The notes under the pieces: model-generated
The model's input: the letters and a program-made list of their open reading frames with translations, nothing else
The model's database searches: none
Told to the model about the DNA's origin: nothing
NCBI GenBank assembly: GCA_001938485.1
Contig: MQRK01218788.1
Location: 1-64,000, forward strand
Source: Girardia tigrina
Taxonomy: Eukaryota
Length of the DNA stretch: 64,000 nucleotides
Direction of reading: 5' to 3'
Program-made: the position numbers and the translations under genes
Part shown: positions 47,613 to 59,923 of the stretch, piece after piece
Layout: every line of letters begins with the position of its first letter
Position numbering within the stretch: the stretch's first letter is position 1

Positions 47613-49003
47613 TATTTAAAAATGTTTGACAGAGAAGTTGAGTGTGAAGCTTGAATATTAATTTGTGGATCCATGGATCTTATTATTAGGGTTATGCATT
47701 AGTTCTCGACGTTTTTATTAGATATTCATAGACGAGTTACAATATAATGATTAATATTTAATTATAAAATACTCCCCATTTGAATCTATTATCTTTTGCC
47801 ATTTTTCTGGCAAAAATGAATACCCCTAGTATAAAATCCTTCATCCTTGGAATCGAGGAACTTGTCTATGCAATTTCTGACCTTATCGCTATTTTTGAAG
47901 TGTCTGCCAGCAGGGTATGTTGTAATGATGGTGTAAGGTCTAGTAAGTAAGCTGCGGGAGGGAGAACTTGCCAGCCCAACTGCAATATTGCTTCTTTTGT
48001 TGCTGAAGCAACATGAGGTCTTGCAGTATCGTGGAGCAGTATGATCTGCTTATTACCCTGCTTATAAGCTCAATTTCTTGTGCTAAGCGCAATAGTTGAT
48101 CACGATATCGTTGTGCAGTGACTGTTTGACCAGGTTTCAATGGTTCATAATAGAGAGGTCACAAAGAATCCCACCAGATGCATAAAAAGACTTTATGTCC
48201 ATGAATATTGCGTTTCGGTGTTGATGTTGTTGTTTGACCTGAATCTACCCATGATTTTTTGTGCCCTGGTTATTCGAAGTAAATCCACTTCTCATCTCCG
48301 GTCACGATTCTCCATATGAATGATTTCTATTTGTGGCGGGCAAGGAGCGATATGCATGTCGTTAAGCACTGGTTTGTGTTGCACTCGGATAATTGATGTG
48401 GAACCCATTTTCCTACCTTCTGGATCTTTCCCATAGCGTTCAATCTTCTTACCACTGTTGATTGATTGCATCCAAGCTTCTTGGCAAGAATTGTGGTCGA
48501 TTGGGTGGCATCTTCTTCAAGAATTGTCTGCAGGTCTTCATAGGTGTTTTCTTTTGGGCGACCACTTCTTGCTTTACCTTGATATCTTTCTCACCATTTC
48601 TGAACTTTATAAACCATTCGCGACACGCTGATGCACCATTAGTTCTTTCGCCATAAGCTTGGTCAATCCATTGTTTTGCTTCGGCAGGGGATTTACCTAA
48701 ATCAAACATGAATAATAAGCAATGTCTGATGTGATTTTTATCTTTAACCATTTTAGACGAATCAATTAAAATATAATCAATTTTAAATATAATCAATTAA
48801 AATAAACGGTATTTTAATATAAATATAATTTTAGGCGCCATCTATGTCAGCATCGAGAACTTATGCATAACCCTAATAATAAGGCCTCATACGTTACTCT
48901 CTCCCAGTAATTCTTAAATCGATTACACAGAATTTGAAATTCATTTTTTTCGATTTTCTTTTTCAAGCTTCACACTCAACTTCTCTGTTAAATATTTTAA
49001 ATA
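47613..49003. mobile_element. MITE (about 200 bp) with about 45-bp TIRs, split by a mariner
   Basis: ACAGAGAAGTTGAGTGTGAAGCTTGAA near 47630 is inverted at 48962-48988. Confidence 0.75.
47686..48876 (-). mobile_element. mariner, degenerate, related to 24835-25964
   Basis: TIRs TTAGGGTTATGCAT.AGTTCTCGA with TA TSDs; HIRHCLLFMFDLG, KWVPH, TGDEKWI. Confidence 0.92.
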
Positions 49004-49629
49004 TATACTTAAAGCACCAATTTTCCAATTGGGTGGGAGAATCACAATTCCAATTTCAACATACTCAAATAAATGGTTGGGCATCTATTGATTGCATGCA
49101 AATTAATCGGTTCATGTTCGCCGGTGAAAGTTGACTGGACTATCAAATGATCGGATGAAAACTGATTGCTAGAAAATTTATCGTGGTCTATTATTTCCTA
49201 CTGCAGTCGGACAGTGCAGACAGTGCATGCATCGGATCATCCCACTTCTAACACCAATGAGGTACCGGCCACCAGATCGAGCAGTGACAGGCGGCCTCCT
49301 TTTATTGTGCGGGCGAATTCAAATTTTAACACTAAAAAAATAACAATTGTTTAAATAATACAATTTGTAAATGTGAAAAATTCGAATAAAATAAATCTTA
49401 TGACAGACTTGTCTATTTAATTGATGAAATGAATTCGGACTTGAAATATAAATTGTCGTACTATTTTGATTATATTTCGTCTTACTCGGTCCAACAAGAC
49501 AGCGATTCGACCTCATCCATCAGATCGGTCCGATCCAACTCGATACCGCAGCACTCGACCCGATGGCGCACTGCTGGTGAACACAACCCCGCCCGTTGGC
49601 TTTGCCGGTATCGTGCATGTGGATCGCTT

Positions 49630-50870
49630 GCACTGTCTGATTATCCTGACCGATACTTGACATTGGAGACAATACACATGCATCTCAGATTTTTTGTTGT
49701 CGTCTCTGAGAGCTTCAATCTTTTGAGTATTATTTCGTTTTCACTGGCCAGGAACCCAAGCAACCTACAACAATGGTACCCAGTCGAACTGTCTATCCTT
49801 TGTGATGCTTTTTGGTCTCCTCTTTCAGTATTTTTATATTTCGCCTCATTACATTTTCTTGCTTTCTTAAGAGTTTTAAGCGTATTATACGGTGTTTCGA
49901 CATAGATCAGCCAGAGTTTTTTTGTACCTTTATTGAATATTTATAAGTCAACTCTGCTTTTCGAGTCTGACAACGCGCACTTACGGTCTTTAATTATTTG
50001 TAAAATTGATTTTTCTGATGATATTGTTTCCTCGACAGTCTGCATCACCACATTATGTTGCAAAATAATCATCGGACTATTTCTTTTACAGAGACCCAAG
50101 ACATGTATCGGTGCCTCTGTATCTTTGTCGCACGCTCAGCAGAGTGTTTCATTGCGTGGTTTTCTCGGTTTGTAATTAGTTTGGAGACTGGTTGCTCTTG
50201 CACCATGAAGAAATTGCCATTCTTCGTTTGAGATGTTTTCACTGTACATGACACCAACAGTCTCTTTGTTGTCTGCAATCGCAACTGCAGATATTCTAGC
50301 CATTGTCTGTTTGATCAACTTTGTGAATTTTAGTTTTTCATACAAACTACGGAACTAGGAGGAGATTGAGTGCATGGGAGTTTTATAATTCGACACCGAA
50401 TCCGTATTGGTGTTGATCATTAAACAGATTTCAAGTTCGTTCGTTGTGAAACTTGCTTACAACCCAATAGAATCGAAATATTTAATTGAGCTGCGTATCT
50501 TTGTCCACCACGATTTGTATCCGTTCTCTCTGTCGCCTTGATTTAACCTCTCTAGGCATTCAGACAGTATTCAGTCTCTATCTGTTTTGTTGTACTTATC
50601 TAGAGTTTTTGCTAAATTAATTAGTGTTAAGTCCTGAGATATCGAGTCCGTACAAGTGAGATTTCGAAATGCTTGAAATATCGATTGCATTGAATATTCA
50701 TCTCTTACCGACTTAAGTCCAACTCCTCCAAGATCCTTATCTGCGTAAAAGTTCTCATTGGAGGAGTTCTGGACTGCGCCACATATTTGTTTCAATAGTC
50801 GTCGGAGTTCGATATCCAGGTTGCTCTTAAAAACTGATTTTTTCTTTACGTGATACCCATAGCTTGTTAG
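49630..50870 (-). mobile_element. 5'-truncated REL-endonuclease non-LTR retrotransposon (NeSL/R4-like), degenerate
   Basis: FYADKDLGGVGL (RT thumb); WQFLHGAR; CCHC-type C*ACDKDTEAPIHVLGLC...HN; RVDL; VVGCLGSW. Confidence 0.85.
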
Positions 50871-51911
50871 TGTTTCAGGAGTAAAAGATTGATTGTTATT
50901 AAAAGATAGCAAACTACGTTTTGCAAAACATCGACGCATCTACACTCACACACTTTTAAACAATTTAGCAATTATAAAGATATCTTAATAAAAAACTGAA
51001 TTAATTTGCTTTGACAGTTTTATAAATTTAAACTGCATATAATTTAAACAAAAGCGGATAATTTGAATACAAAAAAACACAACAAAAAGTGTTGACATAA
51101 AAAATGTTAATAAGTCATCAAAATCTCCGTCAGAAAAATGATCAAATGGGTTCTGCCGAGCTCAATCATCTTGTTTCATTGCGTATAACTAAGGTAAGTT
51201 AAGAGACCAGAAAAAATCCAGGGGAGTAATTACCCCTTTTATCTCCCCCTGAATCCACCATTGGTATGCGATCAATTTACCAGATACTCAAATAAATACA
51301 TATCATCCATACATAATTTAAAATATTCCTCACACCTATTTTTTTACTTATCCCTGCGTCACTCATAAATTAACTTTCAAAGTGGAAAGCTGAAGGATTA
51401 AGTGAGAAATTATCGTCTTTCAAATATATTAGAGCCTGGTTGTGTTCATTCAATAAAACGAAACTTTTATAAGCATTTGATTACTGTGTCTTTCGAGAAT
51501 GAACAGATGCCTGCAGTCGCAAATGTAGAAGCATTGGTCAATCTCTGAGCAATATGTAAGGTATTTGATGATTCGTGTGGTTAATTGTTAACACCGAATC
51601 GTTACTTTGCTCAGTGGATTATTTAAAAAAGAAGTTGACAGCAATAAAATAACTTACTTACATCTTTTAGATGACACTAAAGAATGACACATGAGTTTGT
51701 AGGGTATTATTGGAACAGATGGAAGAAGAAGATAAAACCGATATAGATGAATAAGATTTAATATAATGAAATTTCAGTTTGCTATCATTATTTTTCTAAT
51801 AAACATATCTCGAAAAGTTTGTGGGATTAGTTATAGGTCTGAAAAACAACAAATTTTGTGTTTTAAAGTTATTAAATCAAAAACATAAGTGTCGGTTAGA
51901 TATAACGTTTG

Positions 51912-52626
51912 TCAGCATACACATAAAACTCCTAATTTCTTTACAGTTTCTTGAATTAGAGTAACGATCAACCTCCTTTTGTGTACGACCAAATATTCAT
52001 CATAATTCGGTTTTTTGTTGGTCGTATTCAGAGGGGTCTGTTTCCTAGAATAAATCCATTCAACTGAGTAATCCGATATTCTTTTTGCTCCTAAGAAATA
52101 GTATCTGTCCAGCAAAAATGAATCTAAAAAAATAGTTAAATAAATATATTTGAATACATTTACCATTTCGTATCTTATTGATAAGTTGTTTTGCAATTGC
52201 TAAATCATCAAATTCTGTCATTTTTCCGTTAAACTTTTCACAAAACCTTTTGGCTTCTTTAAAATTATTGACTCGAGGCTTCACAAAATAATTGTCGTCA
52301 ATTTGAATGGTATCCCTGTCTATTCTATCTATGCAAGATAAATCCTCCATATTCACCATGTAATATATTCCAGCTTTGTTATAAATTTCCTTTTTATTAT
52401 AAAATAAATTACAGTATTTTTCCTCTTCAATAAATTTTATTTTACAACATTTTGTCGATTGACAGTCGATTAAACATTCCATTAAATCGGTGTCGTTCTG
52501 TTCTGTTTGAAAGGAACTACAAGTACCCTGTTTAGAACCTGGCTTCCAAACACTCAAATAATTAAGAGTGCTTTCCTTAACAAATCCTCCAAGAATTATA
52601 ATGTAAAATGGTACTAAACCTAGCAT
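51912..52626 (-). CDS. Secreted PAN/apple + C-type-lectin-like domain protein (2 exons)
   Basis: Signal-like MLGLVPFYIIILGG; CLIDCQSTKCC...YCNLF; NFKEAKRFCEKFNGKM; a 40-nt GT-AG intron (52124-52163) joins in frame to YYFLGAKR...EWIY...LCVC*. Confidence 0.72.
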
Positions 52627-54061
52627 AGCTTGAAGAAAACATAGGAAAATTCCCAATTTATTTGTCCGTCCCGAGAGTAATAACCAATGGAATTCATGTC
52701 AGCATGTCTTGTGTAATTAGGAAGGGGTTATTTTATTTTTTCCCAAAAAGTCATGTTTGGCAAACAATAATTGACTTAACAATAGTTAAATATTATGTCG
52801 AGAGACATATTTTGTTTTCACTAAATTTTTATTATATATAATTTCCTAAATCAAACTTTTTAAACGGCAATATAGGTCATTCATAAATGTTTTTAGATCC
52901 TACCATTTACTCCTAATATTTTATAAAAAAAGAACCAATCTATTTTTCATATAATACGTTAAAAAAGTGTAAACTTCATTTTCTGATAACTCCGATCCTC
53001 ATCTGAAATTCCGAAACACTCTCTAAACAATTGATTCTATGCTTCAAGCGAGTTAACTTAAGAACTTCAACATTTATCAGCTAAGAGAGACATGATGCCG
53101 ATATTCGTTAAATAATAAGTTACTCAATATTTTAATAACTGTCTCAGTAATTAAAAAGGAATCTCTACCACAAGGGTCCTTGAAACATTTTTAGTATTTC
53201 GTCAGATTTTGATAATCATATTTTTTGTATGTGTGGTATTTCCGTCAATTGCCAAATGAAAATTCACAGAAAAAATGAATGAATCGATAAAAGAAGAAAA
53301 AATTATATAAGAAAAACTTATGTGTAAAAAAGTAAAATAACAACGTGAAAAATTGATGTTGTTTAATACACAAGAAACTGTAAAAAGTAACGTTAAAAAT
53401 TTGAAAGGAAAATAAATGTGTTTCATGTGGACTTCGTTCTCTATGATCCTATTTCAACCTTGTAAAATGAATAAAAGGAAGACGAATGAGGCGTCAACCC
53501 AACTACGGCTCCTCACAGTGCACGAAACTGTTCAACCGCACCCACTGATGTCTCACCTGGGACCGCGCCACTTTAGCGAGTCACTCAAGCACATTGAACG
53601 TCAAATCTGGAACCCATAGTCGGGCCGAGTGAGCTGCCATCAAAGACAGAGCCAATCGGGACGAGATCGATAGGTTCGAACTGGGAGCATCCGAGGACGA
53701 CACAAGAAAGTGATTCTCTGGCGTCCGCAGGATATCTGGGGGCATTTCTCGGTCAACGGCTTTCCCCACAGTCGAGTATAACAGAGCTTTTAAACTCATA
53801 AACTTTTATTGATTTGAATTAATAAAAGTATTTTTAATTAAAAAAGGAAAATGTGAACACATTAGTCATTATAAAATAAAAAAATAATGTAAAGGATATT
53901 GCACAAAAATATTTTCAGATGTTGGGTATTTTAAATGTAATTTTGAATGTTTTTTTTATAATTTCATACTGATACCTTTCCAACTTTGATAGTTGTTTGC
54001 TGTCTATAATTCTTATTATTTGAAAATAATTTAATTTGAATTTAAGTTTAGAATGTTTATA

Positions 54062-55847
54062 CGTGATGAGTTCAATAAGTAATTGACCTAATATAAAAAA
54101 TATAATAGCAAATTTAAGTTTATTTTGGCGATTAAATAAATTAATATACGTTTTAATTTCAGTAATTGTTTTATTTCATCAAACACATTAAATTTTTTGC
54201 GACATTTTGAATTTTCGTCAGTGTGATGATTTCAGACATCGAAAATTGCATCGTTATCAAGTTCATTGTGTTGCAGAATGTGATGATTGCAAAAAATTAA
54301 CGAATTAAAAAATAGCGGCTTAAAAATTGGCAATAGTTTAAATTAACTTTAAATTGGTGTAACTTTTAAAAATTTCTGAACTGTAAATAACGAAGAATAA
54401 ATGTCTCGATTTGTTCGCTCGTTTTTGATAAAAAAGTCATCAGTAATGTTGTTTCTACTTCATTCTCGAGTCACCGTTCTTTCGAACAATATTGTGTTAA
54501 CGAGAGGTCGGATTCTTTTACTGCAATTGAATCCTAATTCCGTAATTGCGATGCTTTACCATCGAGCACGAGGATTCACCACAGTCCTCTCTATGCATTA
54601 CATACTGCACATAATCACTGATTCCGAAAACAGACCGCAAATGCTGGGGAGCTCATTGAGCCTTAATGAGGAGCATGACTATTCTGGATCGCATCGACCA
54701 ATACTGAACTACGACGGTTCGAGGACCCCAGTCAGTCTTCTGTTGTCGAAACCCATGCGCGATATGTGGTTGGGGGCTTGATCGAAGTCAGGATCGCCAC
54801 CCTCCACACAGAAGAAGTTGTTCGGGGAAACCCTATTATCTTTTGCAGTCAACTTACTAGTATAAATCCCTATCTCTGACAACTATTAAATATTTTGTTA
54901 GAGAGTTTAAAAGTCGTCGCACTTCCATTTTTATTCAAGAAAACTAGAGGCGACCACAAGAAGTTTTCGAAACAGTTGATGAAAAATTGGAAAAGATAGT
55001 CCTAGAAAAGCGTCAAATTATCATAAAAATGCTCTTAAAAAGCTCAATATTAATGTTGGTACTGTTAACCACAAATTGAAATCTATTGGTTTTAGAAAAC
55101 TGTGCTCCAGATTTGTACTCCGCTTCTTAACTGCAATCAGAAAAACTTGAACCTGTGGGACCAGCATGGTAAAACTATCCTGGAAAATTTAATTACGGAG
55201 GATGAAAGCTCACTCAGTATGTATTTGCTGGAAATAAAGCGTTAGGCAGCAGAAAGGAAACTACCTGAAGAGAAATCATCTTTGAAGATACGAACGGGGA
55301 AAATTCATGGACGAGGGAAAATACTTTCCATTTTCTGGGATCATAAAAGTGTTATTATCATGGATTTTGCAGATAAAATTATAATAAAGTTAAAATCACC
55401 ATCGACGCTGCCTATTATAATAAACTCGCAGAAACCACCAGAAAGAATAGTGGGAGGAAGAAGAACACGTCACTATGATTCTCCATGAGAATGTGCCAGT
55501 ACACACAGCTGAAATTTCTTGGGTCACAATTGAAAGTGATGGATGATGAGGATCATCCGCCGCACAGCCCAAATTCTGCACAAAGAAATTTATACCCCTT
55601 CAGACACCACAAAAAGCATTTGAGTGGTACCTAGTTTGGATTCAAAGACGATTTGAAGGTTTTCGTGGATGATTTCTTCGCCACACGCAACCCAGAATTT
55701 TTTAAAAAGACGTTTTTTGTTGATTATTTATTAGCGGAAGTTTGTTTAGTTAAATGGACATTATGTTGAAAAATGATGTGTTATAAAAATTACCGTTTGT
55801 GTAAATTATTTTCTTTGTCAGGTTGATTACTTATTGAACTCACAACG
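54062..55847 (+). mobile_element. mariner, degenerate, with an unrelated insert of about 600 bp
   Basis: TIRs CGT..TGAGTTCAATAAGTAAT; RKLCSRFVLR, ITEDES, SIFWD, LHENVPVH. Confidence 0.82.
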
Positions 55848-55981
55848 CAACTTCAGAATTTTAAATAATTGAATTTGTTTACTAAAAGATTAATATTTAT
55901 ATAGATATAAAAAAGATATTTTTATATAGATATTTTTAAACCAATTCCCGCCTTGTGTCTATTTACTACCAGTGATACATT

Positions 55982-56650
55982 TGTTAGGGTTTCGAAAAAT
56001 GCATATGAACACTTTTGGATAAAATTTTACGTAGAAAAATTTTTAAAATAATTCTTTTGGTAAAATTATTAATTTCAAACAAAATAATATTTAGTTTAAC
56101 AAAAGTTGGAATTGAAAATTAAAAATATTTTAGTCTTTGTTTTATTTTATCAATTTTCAAGGCTGATGAAAATTACTATATAAACAGCTGCAAATTTAGT
56201 TCAGTTTGCCCAAAAAATTCTCTTGTCAAAAACAAAACCAAGGAAACTCGTTATATAGAATTATTTTTATTTATTATTCTTTTTAAAATATTCTTTTGTT
56301 TAAAACATAAGTATCCCGTATGGGAGAAAAGGGTTTAATTTAAATTTAACCATTCGTTCGTTTTGGAGATTCACAGTTTTTACTGTAATCTGCTAACTCG
56401 TACGATATATTGTTTTGTGTTTGTGTTCTGTCATCAAGAATTGAATTATTATTATTATTTTTGATTTGTTAATTTTTGTTATTTGAAATAAAGTTTCATA
56501 AAAGAATTTGTGTTCATTGTCTATATATTTATGTTGGAAGTCCTTTCTGATTAATTAGAGTTAGATTAAAGATTTCAGTTTAAAGATTAAAGAATAAAGA
56601 TTTGTGTTTAAAAAGTAAATAATTATATTAAAGATTTTTAATACCCAACA
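55982..56650 (+). mobile_element. Solo LTR (family X, copy 2)
   Basis: TGTTAGGG...CCCAACA; perfect 4-bp TSD CATT; internal TATA-like and AATAAA motifs. Confidence 0.92.
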
Positions 56651-57209
56651 CATTAAAACAAATTAATAAAAAGCTATATAATGAAAAAATAGCTATATAT
56701 TTTGATGGTTGATGATATCTTTGATAAGGTATATTGGATAGTTGATTTGGTGATTTTGTTGGTTATTGATGTAAATGTGATGTTTGATGACATAGTTGAT
56801 GAGGTACTTTGAAGGTTGATATTGTTTTTTTTAATGATTTTTGAGGTACATTTGATAGTTGATGATATACTTGATAAGATATATTTGATGGTTGATAAGG
56901 TAGTTCTTATGGTATTTTATATATTATTCAGCATTTTCTGTATTTTTTACATGTTCAGCTGTGTATTGATATGATGAATGTAATACGTTGATGTAGGGAA
57001 TTAAAAAAAAATCAAATCAAAATAATTTTTTTTAATAACAAAAAAAAACGATTAAAAAATAAAATTGTGAACGTAGTGATCGAAATATAAAAATAAAAAT
57101 TCGAGCGAAAAAAATTAGCAAATTATATAAAAAAATACACTTGTTTAAATAAGCTCAATATTTACAAAACTCGAACTACATAATCAAAAAAAACAGTTAA
57201 ACTCTAATC

Positions 57210-57790
57210 ATGTCCGACTGCGAAACCGAGACATTCGCCTTTCTGGCCGAAATCGCCTAGTTGATGAGTCTAATCATCAACACGTTCTACTTTAACAAAG
57301 AGATTTTTCTTCGGGAATTGATCTCCAATTCCAGCGATGCGCTTGACGAGATCCGTTACAAAAGCTTGACGGATCCATCCGTGCCCGTCACCACCAAAGA
57401 ACCAATGATCGAAATCATCCCGGTCCAAGATGCTGACACTCTCACTCTCATCGACACAGGAATCGGCATGACGAAAGCCGAGCTCATCTGCAATCTTGGA
57501 ACGATCGCTAGATCTGGAACCATAGCATTTATGGAGGCGCCGCAAGCCGGTGCCGACATCTCGATGATCGGTCAATTCGGTGNNNNNNNNNNNNNNNCGT
57601 ATCTGGTCGCCGACAAAGTTCAAGTGATTTCCAAGGGCGACGACGGCGGGCGGCATCTGTGGGAATCGTCCGCGGGCGGTTCGTCCACCGTCAAATCCGA
57701 CAACAGCGAGCCGATCGGCCGAGGAACGAAAGTCTTTTTATGCATGAAAGAAGACCAAATCGAATATCTAGAAGAACGGAAAATCAAATA
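57210..57790 (+). pseudogene. HSP90: Cytosolic HSP90 N-terminal ATPase-domain fragment (nonsense codon, truncated)
   Basis: [44 protein letters not shown]...DTGIGMTK...[10 protein letters not shown]...MIGQFG...YLEERKIK, then unrelated sequence. Confidence 0.95.
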
Positions 57791-59576
57791 CGATGGGCCG
57801 TTTGGGCGTGATGGCCGCCCCTCTGTTCGAAAATCCGCCATCCCAACTCGGTTGNNNNNNNNNNNNNNNNNNNNNNNNNNNNNNNNNNNNNNNNNNNNNN
57901 NNNNCAAATCGAATATCTAGAAGAACGGAAAATCAAATACGATGGGCCGTTTGGGCGTGATGGCCGCCCCTCTGTTCGAAAATCCGCCATCCCAACTCGG
58001 TTGGTTGAACGATTCGCCTCTTCTTTTTTTTCCTTTTACATTCAGGAACGTGTTGTCGAGCGAGAGGATAGTTGCCCGTTCTCCGACGGCCACAGAGAGC
58101 TGGACTATCAACTCGCATCAATGTGGGAACAGACGGAAGTTCCGCGCTCGAGGCGTGCTTCCGCCAACGTCGACTCAACAACGGGGTTATCGCCTCATCT
58201 TACCGCGGTCGCCGCTCGGCGCCTCACGTCCGTGTCTGGAGCAACAGCCTCCTTGAACTTTTCAGTTGACATTATGGATGCATGACGATATCACTTTGGA
58301 TACGACCGTGTTTTGAATGGTTGATACGATATTGGTCGATAACATAGTATAATATCATAATATAATACATACCTATAATATAATATTTGAACACATAATG
58401 TGCATATATTCGAAAAAGCACTAGGTATCGATTTTTTCAAAAATGTTGATATTGAATCTGACTATTCATATATAAGTTACTATCCATGTGTTCAGACAGA
58501 TTTTTGATGATATTAAAACATCAATATGTTGCAATTTGCACAATTGTGAACTTATTGATTCTGCACACTTGCACATGTGAAGTATTGATTTGCACATTTG
58601 CATTATTGATTAGCACATATGCAGTATTGACTAGCACATATGCAGCCTAGGCAGCACATGTACAGACGAGTGCAGTATTGATTTTTGCACTTTTTTGTGT
58701 AATTTTGGTGGTTTTTACATGTTTTCGATGATTTCTAAGAGGTTTTTCATGGTTTTTTAAGGTAACGGTGATGGTTTCTAAGGTGTTTTCGACTGTTTTT
58801 ATATATAATATTAAAAGGTTATGTATCATGATTACGATAATCTAGGTACTTTTGATGGTTAATGCCTAGGCTCAGGTACTTAGTTGATTATGTAGATGTT
58901 ATGTATAATGTTGATGCATGTTTTAAGTACTATAGAAGTTTTATACATGTAGTTTTTACATGTATAATAAAAGGTTATGTATCTTGGTTACGGTAACCAA
59001 GGTACTTGTGATTGATGAGTAAGTACATTAAAAAATTCATGAAGTATTGTTTTAAGGTAAACAACATACATATATCCTATGGGTTTCAGATATATACGAA
59101 AAAATCGATTTTTAGCACTTTTTTGAGAATTTCAGAAATGTTCGAAAAAATTGATTTATCAGCACCTTTTGATAATGTTAATGTGGAATCTGAATGTAAG
59201 TATATGTGTTACTATTCAAGTGCATCAGCACATTTTTGATATTCTGCTTCCTTCTGTCTCTAAAATGGATGTGCATTTTGTGTAAATTTGCATATTATGC
59301 TAATTATAGGGAAAAGTAATCAATATATGAAAATTATAATTGCACATTCAGATAGAGAATCAAAATGTGCATCAAACACATGATATCGATTTTTGACGCC
59401 AGAACTTAAAAAATTTTATGTATTGATTAATGCCCTTTCGCACATGTGCAACTTAAAAAGCGCTGTGCTAGCACATTAGAAATGTGCGGCACAATGTGCA
59501 CTATCGATTAGCACTTAAAAATATCGATTAGCACATCTGGGCACTGTGCAGCGATTGATTAGTACTTTTTGCTACG

Positions 59577-59875
59577 GTTGCTAGGGAAAGGGTGACAGTT
59601 GCTATGGATACGGTAACCGTTACCATGGTTACAACCGCCTTGACTCACTGTACCCATTGCTAATTAAAAACGCCCTTGGTTACCGTTTCCATGGGAACCG
59701 AAACCATTGCTGCATAGGCTAAGGAACCTGGAACCAATCAGAAGCGTCCCCAAGGTACCGGTAACCAATCGGAACCGTTGCTATGGTAGCCGGAACAGTT
59801 TCTATGACAACCGGAACAGTTTCTGTGGTAACCGGACCCGTTGCCATGGCAACGGGTGACTGCCCCACCGCCCCC
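59577..59875. promoter_or_regulatory. Array of RFX X-box-like palindromes with AP-1, CCAAT and GC-box motifs
   Basis: X-box matches start at 59577, 59598, 59619, 59685, 59777, 59798, 59819 and 59840 (GTTGCCATGGCAAC, perfect); TGACTCA at 59641; CCAATC at 59734 and 59765. Confidence 0.6.
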
Positions 59876-59923
59876 GGGGGGTCAATTATTGATTGAGGGA
59901 GAGTCCCAATTTTCCCCCTACTA

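Larger units (their letters stand above)
56690..59922. mobile_element. Putative long terminal region of a large DNA element (Polinton/Maverick-like or Academ-like)
   Basis: Several families of roughly 21-bp degenerate repeats; abrupt end ...TTTTCCCCCTACT(A) against gypsy pol (reads AGTAG or TAGTAG on the minus strand); a partial second copy at 19541-19680. No diagnostic protein in the window. Confidence 0.4.

Noticed and set aside
57905-58004. Direct repeat at the HSP90 junction
   Set aside because: Exact copy of about 57756-57854 across an N gap; a scaffolding overlap artefact.
58072-58269. EML/EMAP-like PHVRVW motif in the foreign fragment
   Set aside because: Too short, and the surrounding sequence does not fit the HELP/WD pattern.
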